Of a stretch of 38,677 nt of DNA, positions 8,202 to 15,865 are shown in pieces. This DNA is from Candidatus Staskawiczbacteria bacterium RIFCSPLOWO2_01_FULL_33_13 (GTDB taxonomy: Bacteria > Patescibacteriota > Minisyncoccia > Minisyncoccales > Staskawiczbacteraceae). Numbering within the stretch: position 1 is the first letter of the stretch; the number at the start of each line of letters is the position of its first letter. Position numbers and translations under genes: made by a program. The stretch lies in the NCBI GenBank assembly GCA_001820215.1, contig MHOW01000011.1, positions 13,579-52,255 on the forward strand, in the 5' to 3' direction. The notes beneath the pieces were generated by a model. The model was given only the letters and a program-made list of their open reading frames with translations, had not been told where the DNA came from and did not search any database.

Positions 8202-9957
8202 CAAAATATATTCAAATAATGAATTAATGACACCGATTAGATTTAATCGTGGATTTAATGTGATATATGGAGATATTGAGAACAAGAACGGAGAAAAGAA
8301 TGAACATAATTTAGGGAAATCATCACTAGTTTATCTTATTGATTTTCTTTTATTGAAAAAGGTAACGCAAGAACATTTTTTATCAAGACATAAAGAGCAG
8401 TTTGTCGGCTGGACTTTTTATATAGAAATTGAATTAGGAGAAAATCATTTTTTAACCATCAAAAGATCTGTAAATAATCCAACTCGCATATCTTTCAAGA
8501 AGCATGATACTAAAGATCAAGATTTCTCTTCGTTAGAATTGTGGGACCATGAAGATACTAAATTATACGCAAGGAATGGTATGGATTCACAAGATATATT
8601 AGATAAATATTTAAATTTTAGTATCCTTAAAAATTACTCATATAGACATTTTTTACCATATGCATTGAGGGATCAATATGGCTACGAAGATGTATTTGAA
8701 ATGAGTCAGTTTCAAGGCCTCGACATTAATTGGAAACCATATTTATTTGCTTTATTGGGATATAAAGAGGAGGATGTTATCAACAAATATCTTGTCTATG
8801 ATCAGATTAACAGCTACAGAAAGATGTTGAATATTATTTTGGGGAATAAAAAAATTAATACTAGAGATTCTTATAATCTAAAGGAGGCGATTAATGAAAA
8901 AGAGAACGAAAAGAAAAGCATAATTGAACAAGCCGATAAATTTGATTTTTATTTAAGAGAGAAAAAACTTAGCAAAGAATTAGTTAACGATATAGAAATT
9001 AAAATTAGTGAGTTAAATTCAGAAAGATATAGGCTCGACTATGAAATAAATAAAATAAAAGAGTCGCTAGATAATAATGTTAGTTTTGACATTAAAGAAG
9101 TTGAAGAAATATTTGCGCAAACAGAGATATACTTTCCTGACAAATTAAAAAAGAGCTATCAGGATCTTATAGATTTTAATATCAGTATATCGAATGAAAG
9201 GGCGAGTTATCTAAGAGAAGATCTTGAGGTTAGCCTTGAATATGTAAAAGATATTGAGAGCAAATTAGAAAAATTTAATAAAGAAAAGGAGAGCATGTTA
9301 TCATTTTTGCGGAATACTGATACATTCTCAAAATATAAATCATTTCAAGGGGAGATAATAAAATTAGATGAAGAAATAAATAAATATAAAGCAAAATTGG
9401 ATTCTTTAGGAACCGCAGAGAACTATGAAAAGAAAATAGAGTTATTAAAAATTGATTCCAAGGAACTTGCTTTAAAAATAAAAAAAGTCATCGACGAAGG
9501 AAATGATGTGTTTGATTCAATCAAGAATTTGTTCAAAGATATATTTAAAAAGACCATGGGCTATACGGCATTATTGGTCGTAAAACCTAATAAAGAAGGC
9601 AATCCGCATTTTGAGACAACTACACTTGATAATAAAGATATAGATAAGCTAACCGGACAGGGAGAGGGATACACGGCGACAAAGATTCAGTGCGCCTCTT
9701 TTGTATTAGCTATATTAGCTACATATGCCAAGGAAAGATTTATTAAATTTGCTTATCATGATGGTCTAGTGGAGAGTTGGGGAAATGATCCTAAGATAAA
9801 CTTTTTTGAAGAGATAGCAAATCTATGTAATAGATACGACATTCAATATATAATTAGTGTTATAAAAAGCGATATTCCTGATAAGTTTAAATTCAGAGAC
9901 GATGAAATAATCGCAAGAGTATCACAAGAAAAGCCTCTTTTCGGTTTTAAATTTTAA
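8179..9957 (+). CDS. Coiled-coil ABC/SMC-like ATPase (DUF2326-like); ATPase component of an ABC-3C-type system
   Basis: Degenerate Walker A NLGKSS (aa 44-49, nt 8308-8325). Long K/E-rich coiled coil (aa ~230-450). C-terminal signature-like GQGEGY (aa 493-498) and Walker-B-like FAYHDG (aa 524-529, nt 9748-9765). The track start at 8179 is TTG; the ATG at 8191 (MRISKIYSNN) is the more likely start. Confidence 0.7.
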   Translation: MNIKMRISKIYSNNELMTPIRFNRGFNVIYGDIENKNGEKNEHNLGKSSLVYLIDFLLLKKVTQEHFLSRHKEQFVGWTFYIEIELGENHFLTIKRSVNNPTRISFKKHDTKDQDFSSLELWDHEDTKLYARNGMDSQDILDKYLNFSILKNYSYRHFLPYALRDQYGYEDVFEMSQFQGLDINWKPYLFALLGYKEEDVINKYLVYDQINSYRKMLNIILGNKKINTRDSYNLKEAINEKENEKKSIIEQADKFDFYLREKKLSKELVNDIEIKISELNSERYRLDYEINKIKESLDNNVSFDIKEVEEIFAQTEIYFPDKLKKSYQDLIDFNISISNERASYLREDLEVSLEYVKDIESKLEKFNKEKESMLSFLRNTDTFSKYKSFQGEIIKLDEEINKYKAKLDSLGTAENYEKKIELLKIDSKELALKIKKVIDEGNDVFDSIKNLFKDIFKKTMGYTALLVVKPNKEGNPHFETTTLDNKDIDKLTGQGEGYTATKIQCASFVLAILATYAKERFIKFAYHDGLVESWGNDPKINFFEEIANLCNRYDIQYIISVIKSDIPDKFKFRDDEIIARVSQEKPLFGFKF

Positions 9958-10021
9958 TTGTTTTTGACATATGGAAAACAATACTCACCTATATAGATTT
10001 CGTGGCTCTAATATAGAGCAA

Positions 10022-10183
10022 AATCCGACAGAATCAGACACTTTTTAAGGCTAATTTGTTAGAAAAGGAGATTCGGCATAATTCGGCACTTTTAGTGGAA
10101 GAAATGGGGCAAAACGGGACGAATTTTGTGCTTAAATTAAAACAGAACACCGGTTAAAGCTAAAATGGCACAGAATGGCACAC
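10022..10183 (+). repeat. Three tandem doublets of 10-bp units (iteron-like)
   Basis: AATCCGACAG|AATCAGACAC (10022-10041). ATTCGGCATA|ATTCGGCACT (10071-10090). AATGGCACAG|AATGGCACAC (10164-10183). Confidence 0.55.
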
Positions 10184-10260
10184 TTGATAGTCATAAAAAT
10201 ATGGCTTTTTTGTTTGGTTGTGGCATAATGGATTTACAATTTAATAATTAAGACCTAACC

Positions 10261-10383
10261 CTCCAGATTTTCTGGAGATATGGTCAAAAGTCGTATGAAG
10301 CCCAGAGAACCCATCACGGGGTCGCTTCATACGCCATATCGGGAAACCGGTATGAGTAGCTTCGGCTACTACCTGTGGTGGGC
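10261..10383 (+). ncRNA. Candidate structured leader RNA upstream of 10428-11243 (family unknown)
   Basis: Hairpin at 10261-10277. A 10-bp P1 (10292-10301 with 10324-10333). An 8-bp stem with a GAAA tetraloop (10335-10354). A 5-bp stem with a cUUCGg tetraloop (10356-10369). A possible 8-bp pseudoknot (10310-10317 with 10375-10382). Confidence 0.35.
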
Positions 10384-10427
10384 TTTTTGTTACAAAAAAC
10401 ATACCACGGATATAGCCGGTAAAAATT

Positions 10428-11243
10428 ATGAAAAAACTCATCATATCGTTAGTTTTGTTGTTTGCGCCAATGCTTACTTTTGCGTCCATTGACACTAATC
10501 TTTATTACGGACTTCACAACAATGGAAATGTTAAAGAATTACAGGAATTTTTAATTAGTAAAAGTTTTTTAACGGGCCCGGCTACCGGAAACTTTTATTC
10601 TTTAACCCTTAACGCAGTCAAAAAATATCAGGCAAGCCAAAGCATAAATCAAACTGGATATGTTGGCATTTTAACGAGGACTGCCATCAATGACGATTTG
10701 GCCAACCAATTGCAAGAAAGCAATGTGCAGACCACGAACGAAACTGGCACGAACCCGCCGGCCTCGGAATCGCAGAAAACAATGAATGACGTAGTTTCTA
10801 CCATTCAGTCCCAGATCACCCTCTTACAAAAGCAATTAGAGGCTTTAAAGGCACAACAGACAGTGATTCAGCAGCAAAATCAGGTTATTCAACAGATCCA
10901 ACAAAATACCCAGCAGATAGTGCAAAATACCACGCCAGTTATAACACCAGTCCCGGCTCCGGTGCCGGCATTTGCATTCGAACCAATTTTAACAAATTCC
11001 TATGATCGAGATTTGGTGGTGGTCATAAAAGAAAAATTTGATAAATGCACCTTGCTTATTTTTGATGAAAACGGCAACAAGGTGCGCGAGCAGGACTACT
11101 GGATGACCGATAAAGATGGAAATTCCAGACAGGTATACTCAATGGGAACCTATGGCCAGCACACATATTCAATAACGTGCGACAAATCAGGATTTCTAAC
11201 CACTACAAAGACGGGTCAATTTCCTGCACCTGTAACCCAATAA
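10428..11243 (+). CDS. Secreted protein with an N-terminal peptidoglycan-binding (PG_binding_1-like) domain and a Q-rich coiled coil
   Basis: Signal peptide MKKLIISLVLLFAPMLTFA. The segment VKELQEFLISKSFLTGPATGNFYSLTLNAVKKYQASQSINQTGYVGILTRTAIN fits the PG-binding repeat. Q-rich stretch QQQNQVIQQIQQNTQQIVQN. Confidence 0.7.
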   Translation: MKKLIISLVLLFAPMLTFASIDTNLYYGLHNNGNVKELQEFLISKSFLTGPATGNFYSLTLNAVKKYQASQSINQTGYVGILTRTAINDDLANQLQESNVQTTNETGTNPPASESQKTMNDVVSTIQSQITLLQKQLEALKAQQTVIQQQNQVIQQIQQNTQQIVQNTTPVITPVPAPVPAFAFEPILTNSYDRDLVVVIKEKFDKCTLLIFDENGNKVREQDYWMTDKDGNSRQVYSMGTYGQHTYSITCDKSGFLTTTKTGQFPAPVTQ

Positions 11244-11246
11244 CCC

Positions 11247-11633
11247 ATGAACAGAATACAAGTAAAAAAATGGTTCAGTCATAATTGGTTTGGGTTTTCA
11301 ATTGTCCTCATCCTTATTTTTATAATCGGAGGATATTTTTATTGGTTTCAATTACGACCGGCAAAAATAAAGCATGATTGTTCTTGGGTGCAAAAGCACG
11401 CGGATACTGTGCCAGAACTAACACAAGACCAGCACAACGAATGTATAGACCAGTGTAATTCCAAACCAACTACCACAAACATCCCAATCACGGGAGCCAT
11501 TAACTTTAATAAGTTCGTATCTACCCCTTTTTGTAATTGCCCAAATCCTCGCCCCTATGAACCAGCAAAAAATTGGTGGGAACGAGCAAATAAAAACCAA
11601 TATGATTTTTGTATTCATGAAAAGGGTTTATAG
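11247..11633 (+). CDS. Membrane-anchored Cys-containing hypothetical protein
   Basis: 128-aa ORF starting 3 nt after the previous stop. One TM helix (FGFSIVLILIFIIGGYFYWF). Confidence 0.55.
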   Translation: MNRIQVKKWFSHNWFGFSIVLILIFIIGGYFYWFQLRPAKIKHDCSWVQKHADTVPELTQDQHNECIDQCNSKPTTTNIPITGAINFNKFVSTPFCNCPNPRPYEPAKNWWERANKNQYDFCIHEKGL

Positions 11634-11639
11634 TGATGG

Positions 11640-12125
11640 ATGGAGAATTTAATTAAAATCATAAAAGATCAATTTAAGTTGGGTCTAAACGGAGATCATG
11701 GCCTAAAACACTGGCAACATGTAGAAAAGATAGGTAATTATTTAGCCAGTCATACAGGAGCGGATGGGCAGATTATAAGTTTATTTGCCTATTTGCATGA
11801 TTCAAAAAGAGAGGATGAATACGATGACCCAGAACACGGAAAAAGATCCGCTAATTTTGCAAAAGAACTACACGATAAAAAACTTTTAAGTATCTCTAAA
11901 AAACAATTGGACCAGCTAATTTTTTCATGCGAATTTCATTCTCAACCTAATACTAAGAGCAATGATGTAACAATACAAACCTGTTGGGATGCGGACAGGC
12001 TCGATTTAGTGAGACTTGGAATTACGCCTAAAAATGAATTTCTTTTTACCGAAAAAGCCAAGAAAAAAGAAGCTATTTTATTTGCTATTGAATTAAATAA
12101 AAGTTATCCACAGCAGATATCTTGA
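11640..12125 (+). CDS. Small HD-superfamily-like protein
   Basis: The H...H...LHD pattern is present (GDHGLKHWQHVEKIG...LFAYLHDSKRED...HGKRSA...WDADRLD). Confidence 0.55.
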   Translation: MENLIKIIKDQFKLGLNGDHGLKHWQHVEKIGNYLASHTGADGQIISLFAYLHDSKREDEYDDPEHGKRSANFAKELHDKKLLSISKKQLDQLIFSCEFHSQPNTKSNDVTIQTCWDADRLDLVRLGITPKNEFLFTEKAKKKEAILFAIELNKSYPQQIS

Positions 12126-12416
12126 AATTAAATAATGAAAAACTATAATTAACCCATAGTCAGAACATAGAAAAATTATTTAAAAAATCCTTGGAAGTTG
12201 TGTTGTATAGCGATCGCGAAATACACTACGATCCCTACTCAAACTACGGTGTAATAACAAACGTATGAATTCGAGGTAGAATAACCTCCAGCTCAGCAAG
12301 AACCTATAAGACAACATTATGGTTCTTATTTCAAGGTGTCTTTAAAAGTCGGATAGGGTGTAGAGCCTCTAAATTTTTGATAATCATTTTTTGGTTATTA
12401 GAAGTTTAGAGGTTTT

Positions 12417-12683
12417 TTGTTAGTCCAAGTCGGTTGCATAAGTCCATTCTTTATCGGGTGGGTAGCAACCGACCTGCCCGGCAAAGAGCGGACTTTTTAT
12501 TTTCCCTTGGAACTTAAAAAGAAAACGATCGAAGGATTCAAAAAAATAATGGAAAAAGATTACGGAGTAAAATTGTCTGATGATGAAGCAGATGAATTTG
12601 GCTCCTCGCTTTTAAGATTGACCAGATTAGCTTTGCGGGCGACTGTGAGGAGCATAGAAAACAAAATTGTGAGTGATAGTTAA
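12417..12683 (+). CDS. Doubtful small ORF upstream of the recombinase (if real, probably ATG 12549, 44 aa)
   Basis: The track ORF starts at a non-ATG codon and reads through a 9-bp hairpin (12429-12437 with 12465-12473). The internal MEKDYGVKLSDDEADEFGSSLLRLTRLALRA is acidic and helical. Confidence 0.3.
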   Translation: MLVQVGCISPFFIGWVATDLPGKERTFYFPLELKKKTIEGFKKIMEKDYGVKLSDDEADEFGSSLLRLTRLALRATVRSIENKIVSDS

Positions 12684-12879
12684 CATAACTTCCTGTTACG
12701 TGTAGTATTAGAACAAAGACAACCAAGCTCATCAAATTGCTCAGCATTATCATGGCCAGAACGAAAAGGAACGCCAAACCTAAAAAGCTCTCAAGGACTT
12801 TGGAAATTTTCAAAAAGAATCGTATGGACTTCCTTCATTAGCGCGGCATAATGTAGGTATAAGGAGTCAATAAAATACA

Positions 12880-14604
12880 ATGGAAAAACAAAAAAATAAA
12901 ATCAATCACACTCTTTATGCGAGAAAATCAAGCGAGGAAGAAGATAGGCAAGTCCTTTCAATCGATTCTCAGATAAATGAAGACAAGAAAATTGCATCAA
13001 GTAACGGTGTGATTGTGCCGGATGATGCTATACGCAAGGAATCTTTTTCAGCAAAAACAGAATATGCTCGGCCTGTTTTTGAATCAATGATAAAAGATAT
13101 AGAAGCAGGAAGGGTTCAGGGAATTATTGCATGGCATCCAAACAGATTATCGAGAAATGCCATTGATGCAGCTCGGCTGATATCTTTATTTGACAAAGGA
13201 AAGCTTAAGCAGATAATAACGGCGCAGCAGGTATTCAGAAATACTCCCTCTGATAAATTCTTTTTTAATTTGCTTACGAGTCAGGCAAAAATGGAAAACG
13301 ACAATAAAAGTCTTGATGTGAAAAGAGGATTGAGGAGGAAATACGAAATGGGCTATCCCCCGTGTCTATCAAAGGTGGGTTATATGAATGATGAATCGGG
13401 TAGAAAGGGCGATAAAAAATGGAAGAACGACACGGATCGCCAACCCTTGATAAAGAAAGTTTTTGAGGAATTTTTAACAGCAAGATATTCGGTCAGAAAA
13501 ATTAAAGAGTATGCGGATAAAAATGTATGCTTAAGGACAATCCAACGCAATAAAGAGGGCGGAAAACCTCTTAATGAGTCTGCGATGTATAACTTGCTAA
13601 CAGACCCATTTTATGCCGGATTCTTTTACAGAAACGATGAAAATGAGGAAAAGAAAAGATACGAAGCACACGAGTCTCTGAATAGATTGATTACGGAAGG
13701 ACAATACTGGCAAGTCCAGAGAATTTTAGGTAAAAAAGGAAAACCGTGTCCGACCAAGTATCTTGAATCATTTCCCTATAAAAGATTTATGAAGTGTGGA
13801 TCTTGTGGTGGTTCGGTTACGGCGGAACAGAAACATCAACTGATATGTTCGGAATGTAAATTTAAGTTTTCCTATCCCAACAAAACAGCTTGTCCGAAAT
13901 GTAAAGTGAAAATCGAAAAAATGGAAAATCCAAAATACCTATACTATATTTTTTACCATTGTATAAAAGGCAAGGATCCGAATTGCAAAGAGGGTGCGCT
14001 GCAAGAAATAAAAATCGATGAATATGTAGCAGATTATTTTGCAAAAAACATTAAAATTTCAACTGCATTGAAAGAGTGGTGTCTTAAAAACTTTACTGAA
14101 ATTATCGAAAATGAAAAACAAAATGAATTGGAGGTAAGAATTTCCAAGGAGAGAGAATTGGAGCAGAAAAAGAAAGACTACGACAATCTTGTAAAGATGG
14201 GCTCCAGAGGGCTTATAAGTGATGAGGAAGCGTTTTTAAGGCTTGAGTCGAGTGCCTCAGCGGATATTAAAAAGGCTGAGCAATCATTATCTCGAGCTGG
14301 AGGATCTCCAACAGAGATGATAGATGAGGCAAAGAAAATCTTTAATTTTGCCGTAGGAGTGGCAGAAATTTTCAGAAATGGAGTGTTTAAAGATAAAGAT
14401 GAGGCTCTCACAGAAATTTGTTCGAACCTAACTTTAAAAGGCAAAAAAGTGGAAATTTACGAACAAAACTCATACCTTGCTTTAAAAAAGTGCATCGTGG
14501 AGTCAAAACTGAAAAATAGCAACTTCGAACCTGCGATTTACGGAGAGAATAATGAAAAAACAGAGTCTTTTGACTCTGTTCGTTCAACTTGGCTCCCCGG
14601 GTAG
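12880..14604 (+). CDS. Large serine recombinase (integrase type)
   Basis: Resolvase-type N-terminus with the catalytic-Ser context YARKSSEEEDRQVLSIDSQ, plus AWHPNRLSRN. Recombinase domain. Zn-ribbon Cys clusters (CGSCGG...CSEC...CPKC). C-terminal coiled coil. AGGAG lies 13 nt upstream of the ATG. The last 15 nt overlap the tRNA-Asn 3' end. Confidence 0.9.
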   Translation: MEKQKNKINHTLYARKSSEEEDRQVLSIDSQINEDKKIASSNGVIVPDDAIRKESFSAKTEYARPVFESMIKDIEAGRVQGIIAWHPNRLSRNAIDAARLISLFDKGKLKQIITAQQVFRNTPSDKFFFNLLTSQAKMENDNKSLDVKRGLRRKYEMGYPPCLSKVGYMNDESGRKGDKKWKNDTDRQPLIKKVFEEFLTARYSVRKIKEYADKNVCLRTIQRNKEGGKPLNESAMYNLLTDPFYAGFFYRNDENEEKKRYEAHESLNRLITEGQYWQVQRILGKKGKPCPTKYLESFPYKRFMKCGSCGGSVTAEQKHQLICSECKFKFSYPNKTACPKCKVKIEKMENPKYLYYIFYHCIKGKDPNCKEGALQEIKIDEYVADYFAKNIKISTALKEWCLKNFTEIIENEKQNELEVRISKERELEQKKKDYDNLVKMGSRGLISDEEAFLRLESSASADIKKAEQSLSRAGGSPTEMIDEAKKIFNFAVGVAEIFRNGVFKDKDEALTEICSNLTLKGKKVEIYEQNSYLALKKCIVESKLKNSNFEPAIYGENNEKTESFDSVRSTWLPG

Positions 14605-14664
14605 GATTCGAACCTACGACCCATTCCTTAACAGGGAATCGCTCTACCGCTGAGCTACCGGGGA
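14590..14664 (-). tRNA. tRNA-Asn (anticodon GUU), CCA encoded
   Basis: Folded by hand: acceptor TCCCCGG/CCGGGGA, D arm GCTC-AGCGGTA-GAGC, anticodon arm ATTCC-CTGTTAA-GGAAT, T arm GTAGG-TTCGAAT-CCTAC, discriminator G, then CCA. Confidence 0.92.
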
Positions 14665-14906
14665 ATATATTTTTTAATAAATTGTCTACCTTGAAAACTC
14701 TTTAACTGTTTTTCTCGCTTCAAAGATGCGGCTCTATTTTCTGTTTCTTCAGAATATATTAATACCCACTCACCGTCGAACCTTGAAGTATAAGACTTTG
14801 AGAATCCCTTTTCATTATGTAATCTCAGCCGCTCTTTAAGGTTTATTGTTTGTCCTATATAAATTTTATTATGTTTCTTGTTAAAAATTGAATATACAAA
14901 ATACAT
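14655..14906 (-). CDS. Small GIY-YIG (URI) nuclease family protein, 83 aa
   Basis: MYFVYSIFNKKHNKIYIGQTINLKERLRLHN...REKQLK carries the GIY/YIG, Arg and Glu motifs. The track ORF (to 14978, GTG start) has a 24-aa extension encoded by a tRNA-like fragment, so ATG 14906 is preferred. The stop TAG lies inside tRNA-Asn nt 1-10. Confidence 0.85.
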   Translation of the reverse strand: MYFVYSIFNKKHNKIYIGQTINLKERLRLHNEKGFSKSYTSRFDGEWVLIYSEETENRAASLKREKQLKSFQGRQFIKKYIPR

Positions 14907-14916
14907 AATGTAAATT

Positions 14917-14969
14917 GCTCTACCTCCGCCATCCGCCAACTGGCGGAGGCGGAGAGCTACCGGGGAATA
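14917..14969 (-). pseudogene. Duplicated 5' fragment of tRNA-Asn (acceptor 5' strand plus D arm) with a 29-nt hairpin in place of the D-loop AGC
   Basis: GAGCTACCGGGGAATA at 14954-14969 is identical to 14652-14667. GCTCTACC at 14917-14924 is identical to 14641-14648. Between them lies TCCGCCATCCGCCAACTGGCGGAGGCGGA (14925-14953), a 13-bp stem with one bulge. Confidence 0.65.
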
Positions 14970-15102
14970 CTTAACCACATAATATTATTATTTAAGGTTA
15001 TTTGCAAGAGTGATTTTTAATTTCAAGATTCTTTTTTGTGGTATTATTAAAAATAAGTAATTTTTATTTTAATAAAAAAATTAAATAACATTTTTAAATC
15101 CC

Positions 15103-15789
15103 ATGAAGAAAAAAGTAGCTATTTTTGATATTGATGGAACAATTTTTAGATCAAGCTTATTAATAGAAGTTACAGAATCTCTTGTTTACGAGGGCGTATT
15201 TCCATTAAAGGTAAGAGATATTTATACTAAATCCTATAATAATTGGCTTAATCGTAAAGGTTCTTATGAAAAGTATATTGGTGAGGTGATAAATGCCTTT
15301 GAGCAAAATATGAAAAATATTAAGTATGTTGATTTTGTTAAGGCGTCTAAAAATGTGATTGCTTTTCACAAAAGCAGGGTTTATCGTTATACTAGGCAAA
15401 TCGTCAAGGATTTGAAAAAGAAAAATTATTTTATGCTGGCTATTTCTAATTCTCCCAAAGAGCTTGTTGATGATTTTTGCAGTAATTTAGGTTTTGATAA
15501 AGTATATGGCAGAGTTTATGAAGTTGGCAAAAATGGAAAATTTACTGGAAAAACTTTATATTTGGATCTTGTATCGGATAAGGCGAAAATTTTGCAACGG
15601 GCCGTAGAAAAAGAGGGTTTAACTTTAAAGGGTTCAATTGGTGTTGGAGATACAGAAAGCGATATTAAATTTTTGAAATTAGTCCAAAGGCCAATCTGTT
15701 TTAATCCTAATAAAAAACTTTATAATCATGCAAAATCTGTTGGGTGGGAAATAGTAGTTGAAAGAAAAGATGTTATTTATAAAATCTAA
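15103..15789 (+). CDS. HAD-IB family hydrolase (SerB-like phosphatase fold)
   Basis: Motif I AIFDIDGTIF, motif II ISNSP, motif IV GVGDTESDIKFL. Confidence 0.8.
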   Translation: MKKKVAIFDIDGTIFRSSLLIEVTESLVYEGVFPLKVRDIYTKSYNNWLNRKGSYEKYIGEVINAFEQNMKNIKYVDFVKASKNVIAFHKSRVYRYTRQIVKDLKKKNYFMLAISNSPKELVDDFCSNLGFDKVYGRVYEVGKNGKFTGKTLYLDLVSDKAKILQRAVEKEGLTLKGSIGVGDTESDIKFLKLVQRPICFNPNKKLYNHAKSVGWEIVVERKDVIYKI

Positions 15790-15865
15790 ATTGCAGCATT
15801 GAAAAAAAATAATAAAAAAGCTAATATAAATTCCTATTTCAATTAATTGAAATTTTTTAATTAGT

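Noticed and set aside
10241-10495. Overlapping ORFs 10241-10495 (-) and 10280-10492 (+)
   Set aside because: They lie on the stem-loop-rich leader and overlap the well-supported 10428 signal-peptide start. Their composition and lack of motifs argue for non-coding RNA or DNA structure.
6640-14610. Direct-repeat att sites (a second copy of the tRNA-Asn 3' end) delimiting the putative island
   Set aside because: By eye I found only matches of 9 nt or less, for example ATTCGAACC at about 10974-10982 inside a CDS. This is not convincing, so the boundary is left open and needs a computed search.
14590-14978. Idea that the GIY-YIG ORF is a homing endonuclease inside a group I intron splitting tRNA-Asn
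   Set aside because: The downstream tRNA-Asn is complete and contiguous (75 nt, all four arms). The upstream piece is only a 5' duplicate. No intron-like P3-P8 core was apparent.
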